A stretch of 43,470 nt of DNA from Chlamydiales bacterium (GTDB taxonomy: Bacteria > Chlamydiota > Chlamydiia > Chlamydiales > JBDQID01), in assembly GCA_047611865.1 (NCBI GenBank), contig JBLFWS010000006.1, positions 1-43,470 of the forward strand, written 5' to 3'. A program made the translations under genes and the position numbers. The notes under the pieces were generated by a model. It was given only the letters and a program-made list of their open reading frames with translations. It had not been told where the DNA came from and did not search any database. Below are positions 18,399 through 29,114 of the stretch, piece by piece (the first letter of the stretch is position 1; each line of letters begins with the position of its first letter).

Positions 18399-20027
18399 CT
18401 AAATGCCTTCCAGATATGCAGATCTGAAATTAAGATGTCCTATATCGGATAGGTGAACATTCTTAACATTCTTTTGCTTCAGGAAGCAATAAGTGTAGAA
18501 AAAGATAGGCGCTACAGGCATTTCATCCATAAGAAGATCCTCGGCAATATGCATCTTTTCATTACGAATTGCTATATCACTTTCTTGTTTAGCTTGGTTT
18601 AAAAGCTCTCGGAACTCTTCGCTTTCCCATCCTGTGTTGTTCACACTGTCAGTTTTATGCTGAAAGATTTCGAGAAAATTGATGGGATCGCTGTAATCTC
18701 CAATCCAGCTGCCGTTGGCAATTTGGTATTCCCCATTTCTTCTCTTATCAAGAAAAACTTTCCCTTCCATATTGTCGAGTTCTACGTCCACGTTAAAAGC
18801 CTTCTTCCACTGCTGCTGGATGGCTTGAGAAAGTTTGTGGTGTCTGTCATTCATAGTGTAACTCAATGCAATCGGTGGTAGCTCAGATACTGTTATCCCC
18901 ATTTCATCAAGTCCTTCCTGAAACAACGCTTGCGCCATAGCCTGATTGTTATCTTCGAAATACGGATCATCCTGAAGGGCTATACTTTTAGGAAGAAATC
19001 CCATAGCTGGCATCTGCCCGCCCTGTAGCACATGCTCCACAATGGCTGCTCTATCAATAGCGTAGCTGAAAGCCTGTCGCATCTTCCTATTATTAAAAGG
19101 AGCTTTTTCTACATTGAAACGAAAAAAGTGCGTTCCAAGAGCAGGTGTGATATGCAGTTCACCAGAATCCTTCAAGGCTTGAATCGCGTCTGCAGGAATG
19201 ATGGATATAGGAGATCCTGCCCAGTCTAAATCGCCCACTTCAAACATAGACAATTCTGTGGGCTCATCAACCATGATTAAATGAATCTTATCAAGAGTTA
19301 CAGAGTCAGCATCATAATAGTTTAAATTTTTACTCACGACTATTTCGTCGTGAATTTCCCATGAAGACAAAACAAAAGGGCCATTACAAAGTAGATCTTT
19401 CTCGGCATTTTTGCTCCAATCAGGGTGTTGGATGTCGTGCTGTCGAGATATTGGCGAAAAAGGTGGCAAGGCGGTCAACTGTAAAAAGAATGCTGCAGGA
19501 GCTTCTAGCTCTACAACTAAGGTACGATCATCGATAGCTTTGATACCTATTTCATCGATTGAAGCTTCTGCTTTGGCAACTGCCTGAGCGTTTTTGATCA
19601 AATAGAAGGCATGAGCATATTCAGAGGGGAATTCCGGATTTAAAATACTTTTCCATGTATATTCAAAATCGTACGCCGTCAATTGAGTATCATCAGACCA
19701 TTTGCTTTCTCGAAGGTGAAAGGTGTAGACTAACCCATCTTCCGAAATATCTATTTTCTTTGCTACCCCTGGAACAGGCTTCCCATCTTTGTCAAGACGC
19801 ATTAGACCTTCGTAGAGCATGTTAAGGACATTAAAGGTCGAGATATCTCTTGCTTGTCGAGGGTCCAGAGTACTCGGGTCCACCCCAAGGTTAATACTAA
19901 GTTCATTAGCCTTTGAAGAAGACTCTCCCGTTTTCTGGTCTTGCCCACAGGAAGTCAGGAATATACACAGACTAATAATCAGGAAACAATTTTCACGTAA
20001 GGAGATTCTGGACACACTGTCCTCCAT
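18399..20027 (-). CDS. oppA: Oligopeptide ABC transporter substrate-binding lipoprotein
   Basis: Lipobox FLTSC. LYEGLMR, YTFHLR, WSD...TAYDF, NGPF, RQAFSYAIDR. No oppBCDF genes nearby. Confidence 0.9.
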   Translation of the reverse strand: MEDSVSRISLRENCFLIISLCIFLTSCGQDQKTGESSSKANELSINLGVDPSTLDPRQARDISTFNVLNMLYEGLMRLDKDGKPVPGVAKKIDISEDGLVYTFHLRESKWSDDTQLTAYDFEYTWKSILNPEFPSEYAHAFYLIKNAQAVAKAEASIDEIGIKAIDDRTLVVELEAPAAFFLQLTALPPFSPISRQHDIQHPDWSKNAEKDLLCNGPFVLSSWEIHDEIVVSKNLNYYDADSVTLDKIHLIMVDEPTELSMFEVGDLDWAGSPISIIPADAIQALKDSGELHITPALGTHFFRFNVEKAPFNNRKMRQAFSYAIDRAAIVEHVLQGGQMPAMGFLPKSIALQDDPYFEDNNQAMAQALFQEGLDEMGITVSELPPIALSYTMNDRHHKLSQAIQQQWKKAFNVDVELDNMEGKVFLDKRRNGEYQIANGSWIGDYSDPINFLEIFQHKTDSVNNTGWESEEFRELLNQAKQESDIAIRNEKMHIAEDLLMDEMPVAPIFFYTYCFLKQKNVKNVHLSDIGHLNFRSAYLEGI

Positions 20028-20123
20028 TTATTTGTACAAAAATCACGGGTGTTGTTGATACCTAAGATAAACATCTTTCGCAAGAACTTTAGAGAATGTG
20101 TCCCTCAGACCCGGATTGTCAGC

Positions 20124-21905
20124 CTATTTTGAAGGAACAAAATCGTAAGCTGTTCTAAAACCTAATGTCGGGTAACAATTTTCAGCCTGGTTGGCGTTGC
20201 GGTAGGACACCATACAGTGAAAGGCATCATACATCCACGCACCACCTCTAACAACTTTATATTTCTCACCAAAGTGAGGATTTTCTACTGAATTCCCTGG
20301 ATAAGCCTCGTACCAACTTGAGGACCACTCCCAAACATTACCTGCAATGTCGTAAAGCCCATAACCATTAGCCTGGTATTGCATAACAGGAGTTGTGCTG
20401 TCTCCAGAAAAGTTCGCATTGCTTCTGGTAATGGTATTTCCCCAAGGATAGTGGATATCTTTCTGCCCTCCCCTTGCCGCATACTCCCACTCTTTCTCTG
20501 TAGGAAGGCGACGTCCTAACCATTCAGCATAAGCCAAGGTATCAGCATAAGTCACTTGAGTCACAGGGTGTAAGTCGAAATCCGGTGGTAGAGTTTGCCC
20601 CGTGGGGGAACGCCATGAAATTCCCGGAAGGACTTTCCATTGTCCATCTCCCCAGAGAGGAGCCCCTTCTCCCTCTTCAGCTTCCGTAACATATCCCGTT
20701 TCCTGAACGAAGCGAGCAAAGAGGCCATTGGTTACCGGCACTCTGTCAATATAAAAACCCAGTGTTGAGCATTCGTGCTGTGGCAAAGCATCTTCTCCAC
20801 ATTCCGCGCTACCAACGAAAAAACTTCCGGCAGGGATGTAAACCATCCCCGGAGGAGTCAGACTATCGCGTCCTTCTCTTACTTTTCCTCCTGCAGGCTG
20901 TCGAATAGGAATTTTCACCACATCCACAGTATCTTCTTCTCCTAGCCTTTCATCAAAGTTATTCTGTAATTCGTCCAAAAGCTCGCGAGCGGAGGTATAG
21001 CGCTTATCAGCGCTATACTGTAGGCATTTATGAACTACTTCATCCCAAAAAGGCGAAATATCAAATCTACGCTTACTTAAGGAAGGAAACTTGCCACAAG
21101 GGATCTCTCCAGTAAGCATTTCATAGATCATAACCCCAATTGAAAAAATGTCACTTTGTGCTGACGGCATTGTTTGGTTTCTTATCTCTGGAGCTCGATA
21201 ATCAAAAGGACGGTAAATACTTGTAAGGGCTTCCCTAAGAGATTTATCGCTGAGGTGTTCGGAAACATCCTCCCCAACTTTCTTACGATGGTAATAGTAC
21301 GCTAGTACAGCCGATTCATCAATGAGACCGTAGGGTTGAAAATCGCTCACGCATACTTCGAAGGGGAGCTTCCGCATTCTCATAGAAGCCCTATCACTTC
21401 TACTACTAAACGACACCAGAACATTTTCAGGCTTCAAATTTCCATGGAAGACCCCTTCATGGAGGGAATCTTTGTACTCTGCTGCGTAATGCAATGCCTC
21501 TAAAATTTGTATCGATATATGAAAGACCTGATGATGAGAGAGCCTTCTCCCATGCCGTTCTATATATTGCCGCAGGTTACAGGAACTGCCATCTCCGTCA
21601 TGGACATAATCTTTTAGCGTATACCAGAATTTCCCTGATCTACCGCTATTTATCACCCTATCAATATGGAAATGTGTCAGTTTACCCAATAGAGATATTT
21701 GAGCTTCTAACCTATCCAGCCATTCGATAGTAAAGTTGTCCAGCAAGGTCAGGGATTTCATAGCAAACTCTTTACCCAACACCCTACTAATCACATGGTA
21801 GGTTGTTCCAATAGGGCCTCGACCAAGAGTATTTAGCACCTGGTAGTCACCGATATAGTCTCCGTAACTGACCTCACCTAATACTTGAAAATTTGTATTT
21901 TTCAT
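20124..21905 (-). CDS. pkn1: Pkn1-like Ser/Thr kinase-fold + FGE-sulfatase domain protein
   Basis: N-terminal kinase fold (LGRGPIG, FAMK, HGNLKPEN, YRAPE, SDIFSIG). C-terminal FGE-sulfatase (PVTN, RLPTEKEWEYAARGG, GNVWEW, RGGAW, GFR). Same architecture as chlamydial Pkn1. Confidence 0.8.
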   Translation of the reverse strand: MKNTNFQVLGEVSYGDYIGDYQVLNTLGRGPIGTTYHVISRVLGKEFAMKSLTLLDNFTIEWLDRLEAQISLLGKLTHFHIDRVINSGRSGKFWYTLKDYVHDGDGSSCNLRQYIERHGRRLSHHQVFHISIQILEALHYAAEYKDSLHEGVFHGNLKPENVLVSFSSRSDRASMRMRKLPFEVCVSDFQPYGLIDESAVLAYYYHRKKVGEDVSEHLSDKSLREALTSIYRPFDYRAPEIRNQTMPSAQSDIFSIGVMIYEMLTGEIPCGKFPSLSKRRFDISPFWDEVVHKCLQYSADKRYTSARELLDELQNNFDERLGEEDTVDVVKIPIRQPAGGKVREGRDSLTPPGMVYIPAGSFFVGSAECGEDALPQHECSTLGFYIDRVPVTNGLFARFVQETGYVTEAEEGEGAPLWGDGQWKVLPGISWRSPTGQTLPPDFDLHPVTQVTYADTLAYAEWLGRRLPTEKEWEYAARGGQKDIHYPWGNTITRSNANFSGDSTTPVMQYQANGYGLYDIAGNVWEWSSSWYEAYPGNSVENPHFGEKYKVVRGGAWMYDAFHCMVSYRNANQAENCYPTLGFRTAYDFVPSK

Positions 21906-22774
21906 CTTATTCCCAAAAATACTGCTTTAAGACGTTTCAGCCACCACTTGACAATACGAAAGTGATTTAGTACTACCCACCACTTAAACGCAGCAATAAA
22001 TCCGAAACGTTTAAAAATCACACTCAAGGTTTCGTTACTATACCTGATGAGGTGTGAAGCTACTAATTCTCTTCTGTCATAGTCTGTGAGGACACGCTCA
22101 GAGATGGCTACGCGTAATTTTTCCACAAGCCGTAAACGACAAAAAAGGTCGTATCCCCCTCGGAGTGAATAGAGAGGTTGAAATTTCCCTACCTTTCTCA
22201 AAGTATCCACCCTAAACCAACATGACTGAATACTTGTTGGCTGCTTTCCCTTTTTGAGAGTTTCAACATTAAGAGGTCTTAGAAGGACCCATGGCTCTTT
22301 ATTATCGTTACGCAAGAGACAGGCACAATACACCAAGTCGGGCATTTCATTATCTATGGCAAGGCGCATCATATGCCCAAGTGCATCTTTGGAAACGTAG
22401 AAATCACCTGGAAAAAAGAAGCAGATGTAGGTTCCACGTGCTAAGGAGATACCCCTATTCATCATCTCATATAAATTATAGTCAGTGACCGTATAAACTC
22501 GAGAAATCGATTCATGATAGCTTTTGACGATTTGCATCGTTCTGTCTTTCGAACAAGCGTCCACCACAATAATTTCTAAATCTGGGTAGTTTTGAGACGT
22601 AACACTGCCCATAGTCAAGTCTATCGACTGTGCACTATTATGTGTAGGAATGACTATCGTCAAACGAGGATAATCATAAGTCTGCTCATGTTGAAGTTGC
22701 TCTTCAAGAAGGCTCCACTCAGAGGATCTCTCTTGGTTGGACTTCTTTTTTTTGACCTGATCCATAGACAGCAT
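21902..22774 (-). CDS. Glycosyltransferase family 2
   Basis: LTIVIPTHN, SVTSQNYPDLEIIVVDACSKD, MNRGISLARGTY. 4-bp overlap with the kinase gene. True start may be 22765. Confidence 0.85.
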   Translation of the reverse strand: MLSMDQVKKKKSNQERSSEWSLLEEQLQHEQTYDYPRLTIVIPTHNSAQSIDLTMGSVTSQNYPDLEIIVVDACSKDRTMQIVKSYHESISRVYTVTDYNLYEMMNRGISLARGTYICFFFPGDFYVSKDALGHMMRLAIDNEMPDLVYCACLLRNDNKEPWVLLRPLNVETLKKGKQPTSIQSCWFRVDTLRKVGKFQPLYSLRGGYDLFCRLRLVEKLRVAISERVLTDYDRRELVASHLIRYSNETLSVIFKRFGFIAAFKWWVVLNHFRIVKWWLKRLKAVFLGIR

Positions 22775-22845
22775 TGCTCCATCGCCAAAGACTCAAGATA
22801 GGGAACTTTGTCGATCTTGTCTAGTGTATACCGAAGCAAACTCTC

Positions 22846-24417
22846 TTAGCGGTCTTGTATATCCACCCTTGCCGAGAGAATTATCACCCCATTTTGTATC
22901 CATCCTTTTCGTGGATCTAGGAGAGTCTTGATAGGTAGAGTTTTCACACCAATGGAAAATTCGTCATCCTCAGGGTGTAGAAGTTCATCAACATCTGCTG
23001 CCCCATCTTCAATTTCCACCTTTTTTATGCTATGAAGATGCTTTCGGCAATCATGATAATTTATCAGAGAAAACTCTACGCTTATTTCCCGGTTTGCCTC
23101 TTCATCGCCTCCCCATCCATTAGCTCCAGCTTTAAATTTTAAATCATCCCCTTTCAATCCTAAGATCAAGTTTCCCTCATCGTCTCTTTCACAAATTAAC
23201 TTATAGGCACATTCTCCACCATTTTCTTGTTCGAAATGAACTTCTGGCGATTCAGACTCTACCCCCCGCTCTATTGTGTGTAGCCATCTTCGGGCATCAG
23301 AAACTTTCCAATAGTAGTTTTCTCCTACCCAGTAGCTTTGATCTATTTTTTCTCTAAAATGCTTTTGTTCAAACCCTGAAAAATTAAAGTCCGGATAAAA
23401 ACTACGATGTTGAAATTTCCTTTTTTCTTTTACTTCCTTTAGCCCAAATGATCTAGCCCCATCTTTTTTATATTTTCCACGAGTGATATCCGCCATTTCT
23501 GAATCACTTAGTAGAAACATAAAGTCCACTCTGGTCCAAAGAGTTTTCATGTCAATGTTTTCAAAACGTATACATTCCATTAGAGACACGCCATCAGCAA
23601 GGGGTTTTCTCAACACATCCCCCGGTAGCTCCAAGACCGTCGAGTTTTCTCTAACCCAGTCCCTTAGAACATCAAGAACCTGAAACTCGTCCTGAATATT
23701 TAGATCATCTTGTTCCAGTATCATCTTAAGTACTTCCGGGGAGAGCTTCATGAAGGATTCATGGCGCAGTACCTGTTGAGCATTTGCCAGTACGTAGGCC
23801 AAAATTTCATTATTAGCAGAGGATTGTGTGTTTTGAACTAAGGAGAGACAGTTTTCTACTCGTAAAGCTTTGGCTAAGTTTTTCCTGCATTTCTTTTGCA
23901 GGTTGCCAAGCATCCACATGTCAGCAAGATCGCAGATCTCAATGGCGTTGCTTTCGTTTAAGCTTATTTCTCCCGTGTAGAGATATTGAATAACTTGCCG
24001 TATCCGTTCATCTGAAGTGAAGTTCAAAGGAATGACTGTTTTCTCATCAGACTCTAAAAAATTATTTTCTTCTGAAAACATCGCTTTAAAGACAGGGCTG
24101 GCTTCTTTTAAAACTTCCCTATGAAAATAGAATGCTCTGCCTCGATCTAGAGAAAATACTCCATTATAAGGAATCCCTTCCCATTCTTTGGGTAAATCAA
24201 GAAATAAATTAGGCCGTAAAAGGCGAGCTTGCTGGGAGATCAAACTAACCCTTTTTGAAGGTCTAGCCGTAGATTCAGGCTCAATTTCCCGGAATGACCT
24301 TTTGGCTACTTTCCTGGTTTTTCCTTGTGAGGCAGATGACTCCATAGGACTATTATCTACAAAAGAGTTTTGAATGGGAAAAGTAGAATTGTTGGCATCA
24401 GCAATAGATAAGCTCAT
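22846..24417 (-). CDS. Eukaryote-like BTB/POZ-BACK protein with a C-terminal MATH-like domain (candidate effector)
   Basis: BTB: FHREVLKEASPVFKAMF, IQYLYTGEI. BACK: FMKLSPEVLKMILEQDDLNI.DEFQV, MECIRF. MATH-like end: LLDPRKGWIQNGVIILSARV. ATG 24417 has a GAGGA RBS. Confidence 0.82.
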   Translation of the reverse strand: MSLSIADANNSTFPIQNSFVDNSPMESSASQGKTRKVAKRSFREIEPESTARPSKRVSLISQQARLLRPNLFLDLPKEWEGIPYNGVFSLDRGRAFYFHREVLKEASPVFKAMFSEENNFLESDEKTVIPLNFTSDERIRQVIQYLYTGEISLNESNAIEICDLADMWMLGNLQKKCRKNLAKALRVENCLSLVQNTQSSANNEILAYVLANAQQVLRHESFMKLSPEVLKMILEQDDLNIQDEFQVLDVLRDWVRENSTVLELPGDVLRKPLADGVSLMECIRFENIDMKTLWTRVDFMFLLSDSEMADITRGKYKKDGARSFGLKEVKEKRKFQHRSFYPDFNFSGFEQKHFREKIDQSYWVGENYYWKVSDARRWLHTIERGVESESPEVHFEQENGGECAYKLICERDDEGNLILGLKGDDLKFKAGANGWGGDEEANREISVEFSLINYHDCRKHLHSIKKVEIEDGAADVDELLHPEDDEFSIGVKTLPIKTLLDPRKGWIQNGVIILSARVDIQDR

Positions 24418-24542
24418 AGTATTTATCCTCACAAATATTAGTTACATAACGAGGAGTTCTTACAGAAATATTCTTTTTTCCGGAAGGGATTTTATACTGA
24501 TCTATTCTTTAAAAAATAGATTACAAGACATTAGTATAGCTG

Positions 24543-24743
24543 GCCGTTGCTGCATAACTTAATACGTTTACAATCATTTATTTAACCACAGAGAGCACCG
24601 AGAACACAGAGAGATAGAAAAATGCATAAAGTCTCTCAGAATATGCTATCAACTGATCTGTGATTTTTTATTTTCTCTGTGATATCGGTGGTAAAATGTT
24701 AATCATTAGCCTCTTGTAGACGTATGTTTTATGCAACAACGCC
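24543..24743 (+). mobile_element. MITE copy 2 (201 bp)
   Basis: Near-identical to copy 1, with one internal 9-bp unit missing. Left TIR GCCGTTGCTGCATAA has 2 mismatches. 9-bp TSD GTATAGCTG at 24534-24542 and 24744-24752. Confidence 0.93.
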
Positions 24744-24797
24744 GTATAGCTGCAATCAAGATGAACTAGAAAGTTCCTAAATCTGAATTATATTACC

Positions 24798-24826
24798 ACA
24801 CGGTGTGAAACCTTCTCACACCGTGT
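24798..24826. terminator. Hairpin, probable terminator of the 24843 gene
   Basis: Perfect 11-bp stem ACACGGTGTGA/TCACACCGTGT just past the stop codon. Confidence 0.6.
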
Positions 24827-24842
24827 TTTAAAAAACTCATAC

Positions 24843-25399
24843 TCAGGGTAAGACAACCCACTGATGATGCCCTAATGGAGGAGAATCAATAGTCTCAAAC
24901 ATATCTACATTTATTTTTAGAGCAAAAGAAAGAGCTTCTCTTAAAGGCTCACCTAAACTTTCCAATTCAAGCTCATCAAAATCAAAGCTTTCAAAATCCA
25001 ACCCTTTAGAATCTTCTTGAACAAACTCTTGCGTAATAACTGTTCGTTTACTTTCAACGGTATCTATTCTTTTCCAGGTCTGACCATCCCTCTGAACCGG
25101 ATACAGTCTTACGACAGGAGTAATTTTTGTGTGCATGTCAATTTCAAATATAGCTTTAGTAATATGCCCGTCTCGACTTTGAGCAGAGAGCCACTCCCGC
25201 ATATTTTCTTCCAAACGAGTAGAAAAAGAGGAAAACTGACAATCTCCAGCAAAAATAATTCTCTCTGCACTAGTTGTTATTTTATCTGTTATTTCTTTCC
25301 AGCGCTCATCCCTTGCATGGTCTTGCTGTACTCTCCGCAGGGAGGAATTTCTTCTAAAGTTTGATCCATGACACTTTTATGCTCAATATTTGAACTCAT
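24843..25399 (-). pseudogene. Hypothetical protein, apparently frameshifted near the 5' end
   Basis: The 123-aa ORF frame stays open about 54 codons upstream of its TTG with no ATG. An RBS-preceded ATG at 25399 (MSSNIEHK) is one base out of frame. Confidence 0.5.
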
Positions 25400-25640
25400 T
25401 TGACATTCCCTTAGGTTATTTTTTTAATATTTAATAGACGGGTAGAAAAATAACACAAGGCTCATTTCCCTTCCATTGCTCGGCTGTAAATAGAATTATT
25501 ATTCCCGCAGCAAGCAGACGGGATATTCAAAATTAACTGATGACAGTGCATCCTTTTTTTTTGAAAAAGCTGAAATGTGCAAGATTTCTTAAAATAAAGG
25601 AGACTTCTTTCTATCTATAAGCCACCCTCATGATGCTTAC

Positions 25641-25669
25641 TTGATATAAAAAGAATTTCCAGTTAAATT
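25641..25669 (+). promoter_or_regulatory. Putative sigma-70/sigma-66 promoter of glyQS
   Basis: TTGATA-N17-TAAATT, 37 nt upstream of the ATG. Confidence 0.45.
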
Positions 25670-25706
25670 ATAACGCTTTTAAGTCACTAAATATCGTGGA
25701 GATATC

Positions 25707-28700
25707 ATGATTACGTTTCAGGAATTTATTCGCAAATTGTCCACCTTCTGGGAAAAGCAAGGATGTATTATCCATCAAGGCTATGACTTAGAGGTAGGAG
25801 CCGGGACATTCAACCCTGCGACATTCCTGAGATGCCTGGGACCAGAGCCCTACAAAGCTGCCTACGTTGAGCCTTCACGCCGTCCCACTGACGGACGTTA
25901 CGGCGACAACCCCAACCGTGTACAGCATTATTTTCAATACCAGGTGGTACTCAAGCCCTCACCTCCCAATATCCAGGATCTCTACCTGAAATCTCTTGAA
26001 GCTATTGGACTGTCTCTCAAAGAACACGACGTACGTTTTGTCCACGACGACTGGGAATCCCCCACTCTTGGAGCCTGGGGTTTAGGCTGGGAAGTCTGGA
26101 TGGATGGAATGGAAGTCACCCAATTCACCTACTTTCAATCTGTCGGCGGAGTTAACTTAAAGCCTATTACTGGAGAGCTTACTTACGGCCTCGAACGTCT
26201 TTGTATGTATTTACAAAAGGTCGACAGTATCTTTGATTTGCAATGGAATGACGAACTCACTTATGGCGACATCTACCACCGCAACGAAGTTGAATGGAGT
26301 GGCTACAACTTTGAGCATGCCTCAGTAGATATGTGGTGGCGTCACTTCCAGGATTATGAGGCTGAAGCCAAGCGCTTGATGGAAGCAAACCTTCCGCTTC
26401 CAGCCTATGATTTTGTAATGAAAGCTTCTCATGCTTTCAACATCCTTGATGCCCGTGGAGTAATTTCCGTAACTGAGCGTACCGGTTATATTGCTCGTAT
26501 CCGTACTTTATCTTGTATGATCGCTGAAAGCTATATCACTAGCAGAGAAGCGCAAGGCTTTCCCCTTATCAGAAAGCATAAGAAGACGCCTCTAGCTCAA
26601 GCCCCAAAGCTTGATGCCAGCAGCCAAAATTTTGACGCAGAGAAAAAAGAAGATTTCATCCTTGAGATCGGCTCCGAAGAGTTACCTGCCACTTTCGTTC
26701 CCATTGGATGCCGGAACTTGAAAAATGCCATCCGCAAGCTTCTTAATGATGAAGGCATCAACTACGGGGATCTGAATATTTACGGAACCCCACGACGTCT
26801 ATCCGTCATTGTTAAAGACCTTGCCGAGGGAAAGAAAGCACAAAGCAACGAACGCCGAGGTCCCCCTCTCAAAAGTGCTTTTGACGAAAAGGGTGAAGTA
26901 ACTAAAGCTGGTCAAGGCTTTTTCCGCTCCCTAGCTGTAGAGAACCCTACCCTCGAATCTATCAGAGAGGGCAAATGCCCAACAGTCAGCATCAAAGATC
27001 TTAAAGGTGTAGAATATCTTTTTGCTACCATCGAGATCCCTGGAGAAGCTACGATGCAGATCCTTTCTGAAAAGCTTCCTCAGCTAATATTAAATATTGA
27101 TTTCCCCAAAACCATGCGTTGGGGCGACCTAGACATCACTTATGCACGCCCTTTGCGCTGGATTCTCGCTCTTCATGGAGAGCAAGTAATTCCATTCGCG
27201 GTAGGTGACGTTCTTTCCGGAAACGTTTCTTCTGGCCATCCGCAACTATGCCCCGGTGATTTCACCGTTAAACATGCCAAAGACTATCTCTCTGTCCTCA
27301 AAGAAAACAAAATCATGGTGGATATTACCGAGAGAAAGAATAGCATTCTTGAACAGCTGGCTAACATAGAAAAAGAAAGCGGCAACATCGTTATTGAACA
27401 AGAAAAAGTCATCCCTCAGGTTCTTCACCTGGTTGAGTGGCCGATGCTAACAACAGCCACCTTTGATTCAGGCTTCCTCCGTGCTCCTAAGGAAGTTCTC
27501 TCATCTGAAATGGTTGAGCACCAAAAATACTTCCCTATCACTGATAAGGAAGGTAATCTTGTTAACCAATTTGTTATTACAGCCAATAACACCCCCTCTG
27601 ACAACATTCGTTCAGGAAACGTCAAAGTAATCTCCGCTCGACTAGCAGATGGTGTTTTCCTCTATGAGCAAGATCTGAAGATTTCTTTAGACGATTTCAA
27701 CGAAAAGCTGAAACAAGTCACTTTCCAAAAAGAATTAGGAAGCGTTTACGCCAAAGTCCAGCGCCTGATATCCAATGTCAAAGTTATCCACAATCTACTC
27801 GATATTGCGGATCTAGATAAGACGCTCCGTGCAGCGGCCCTTTGCAAAGCCGACCTAGCTTCTGAACTCGTAGGCGAATTTCCCGATCTCCAAGGTATCG
27901 TTGGAAAACTATATGCTACAGCACAAGGCGAAGACCAGGAAGTCGCCCAAGCTATCGACGAGCATTGGATGCCTCGCGGAGAAAATGCCCCTTTACCAAA
28001 GAATCCTTCTGGCATTATCGTCAGTCTATCCGAAAAAATAGACAACCTCATCAGCTGTTTTAGCATAGGTCTAAAGCCCACATCATCGAGTGACCCTTAT
28101 GCCTTACGCCGACAAGCCCTTGGAATCATCAAAATACTAATCCAGGGAGAACATCGCCTTCCCCTTGATAACGCAATGCGTGGTTGCTATGAATCATTTT
28201 GCCTGGACATCCCTGACGAAACGAAAAAAAGCTTGAGTAGTGCTGACGAAGTGCTCGAAGAAATTAAAGCTTTCTTTGAAAACCGGATTAAAAGCGTCTT
28301 TCAGGATTTTGGCCTCGAAAAAGACGAAATTGAAGCCTCCCTCTCTTCTGGTTTCAACGATATATACGATACGTTCTGCCGCGCCAAAGCTTTGCACAAC
28401 TTTCGTAAGACTAATGAGAATTTTCCTCAGCTTTACGAAGTCTATCGCCGTGCAAAGGGTCAGCTCGCCAAGCAAGAAACCGCAGTATTCTCAGAAAGCC
28501 TTCTTCAAGAGGAAGAAGAAAAAGCTCTCCACCAAAAGCTTGTGGAAGTGGAAAGCTCTTTAGAGCAAACCATTACGACATATGATTACGACAAAGCCTA
28601 CAAGCTTATTGCCGAAATCCAGCCACACCTTGCCACCCTATTCGACACAGTAAGGGTTCTTGCTGACGAAAAAGACTTACGCCTAAACCGCCTGGCTCTT

Positions 28701-28790
28701 GTGCGCAGAGTCTTCGTACTCTTTGAAATGCTTTTGGATTTTGGAAAGTTACAGGAAAAAGTACGAGGCAATAAAGCTGCTGCCCTATAA
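25707..28790 (+). CDS. glyQS: Glycine--tRNA ligase, fused alpha/beta subunits
   Basis: Alpha: [34 protein letters not shown]. Continues in frame into beta: [25 protein letters not shown]. The fusion is typical of Chlamydiae and plant organellar enzymes. Confidence 0.97.
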   Translation: MITFQEFIRKLSTFWEKQGCIIHQGYDLEVGAGTFNPATFLRCLGPEPYKAAYVEPSRRPTDGRYGDNPNRVQHYFQYQVVLKPSPPNIQDLYLKSLEAIGLSLKEHDVRFVHDDWESPTLGAWGLGWEVWMDGMEVTQFTYFQSVGGVNLKPITGELTYGLERLCMYLQKVDSIFDLQWNDELTYGDIYHRNEVEWSGYNFEHASVDMWWRHFQDYEAEAKRLMEANLPLPAYDFVMKASHAFNILDARGVISVTERTGYIARIRTLSCMIAESYITSREAQGFPLIRKHKKTPLAQAPKLDASSQNFDAEKKEDFILEIGSEELPATFVPIGCRNLKNAIRKLLNDEGINYGDLNIYGTPRRLSVIVKDLAEGKKAQSNERRGPPLKSAFDEKGEVTKAGQGFFRSLAVENPTLESIREGKCPTVSIKDLKGVEYLFATIEIPGEATMQILSEKLPQLILNIDFPKTMRWGDLDITYARPLRWILALHGEQVIPFAVGDVLSGNVSSGHPQLCPGDFTVKHAKDYLSVLKENKIMVDITERKNSILEQLANIEKESGNIVIEQEKVIPQVLHLVEWPMLTTATFDSGFLRAPKEVLSSEMVEHQKYFPITDKEGNLVNQFVITANNTPSDNIRSGNVKVISARLADGVFLYEQDLKISLDDFNEKLKQVTFQKELGSVYAKVQRLISNVKVIHNLLDIADLDKTLRAAALCKADLASELVGEFPDLQGIVGKLYATAQGEDQEVAQAIDEHWMPRGENAPLPKNPSGIIVSLSEKIDNLISCFSIGLKPTSSSDPYALRRQALGIIKILIQGEHRLPLDNAMRGCYESFCLDIPDETKKSLSSADEVLEEIKAFFENRIKSVFQDFGLEKDEIEASLSSGFNDIYDTFCRAKALHNFRKTNENFPQLYEVYRRAKGQLAKQETAVFSESLLQEEEEKALHQKLVEVESSLEQTITTYDYDKAYKLIAEIQPHLATLFDTVRVLADEKDLRLNRLALVRRVFVLFEMLLDFGKLQEKVRGNKAAAL

Positions 28791-28874
28791 AAGGCATACT
28801 AGACTAAGAGCAAATTAAGGGGTGTAGTTCCCTTGATTTGGTGATTATTGGGTTCTGTAATTCATATGTTCTTA

Positions 28875-28905
28875 GGCTTTGTTGCGCAATTGGTGCAACA
28901 AAGCC
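28875..28905. repeat. 31-bp palindrome with IS903-type ends
   Basis: GGCTTTGTTGC-GCAATTGGT-GCAACAAAGCC, 18 bp from MITE copy 3. Confidence 0.6.
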
Positions 28906-28923
28906 ACATAATAGCATAAGTCC

Positions 28924-29114
28924 GGCGTTGTTGTATAAAACATGCGTCTAAAAGAGGTTTATAATTAAAATTTTACCACCGAGAGCACAGAGGACTCAGA
29001 TCAGTTGATAGCATATTCTGAGATACTTTATGCATTTTTCTATCTCTCTGTTTTCTAGCTGCTCTCTATGGTTAAATAAATGATTGTAAACGTATTAAAT
29101 TATGCAACAACGCC
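28924..29114 (-). mobile_element. MITE copy 3 (191 bp, inverted)
   Basis: Reverse complement of copies 1 and 2, about 19 bp shorter internally. TIRs GGCGTTGTTGTATAA/TTATGCAACAACGCC. TSD ATAAGTCC at 28916-28923 and 29115-29122 (9 bp if the terminal C is counted). Confidence 0.92.

Noticed and set aside
18153..24743. MITE copies 1 and 2 as ends of a composite transposon carrying oppA, pkn1, GT2 and the BTB gene
   Set aside because: Each copy has its own distinct TSD on both sides, showing independent insertions.
25707..28790. Fusion of glyQ and glyS as a novelty
   Set aside because: Already well known in Chlamydiae. Used here only as a taxonomic clue.
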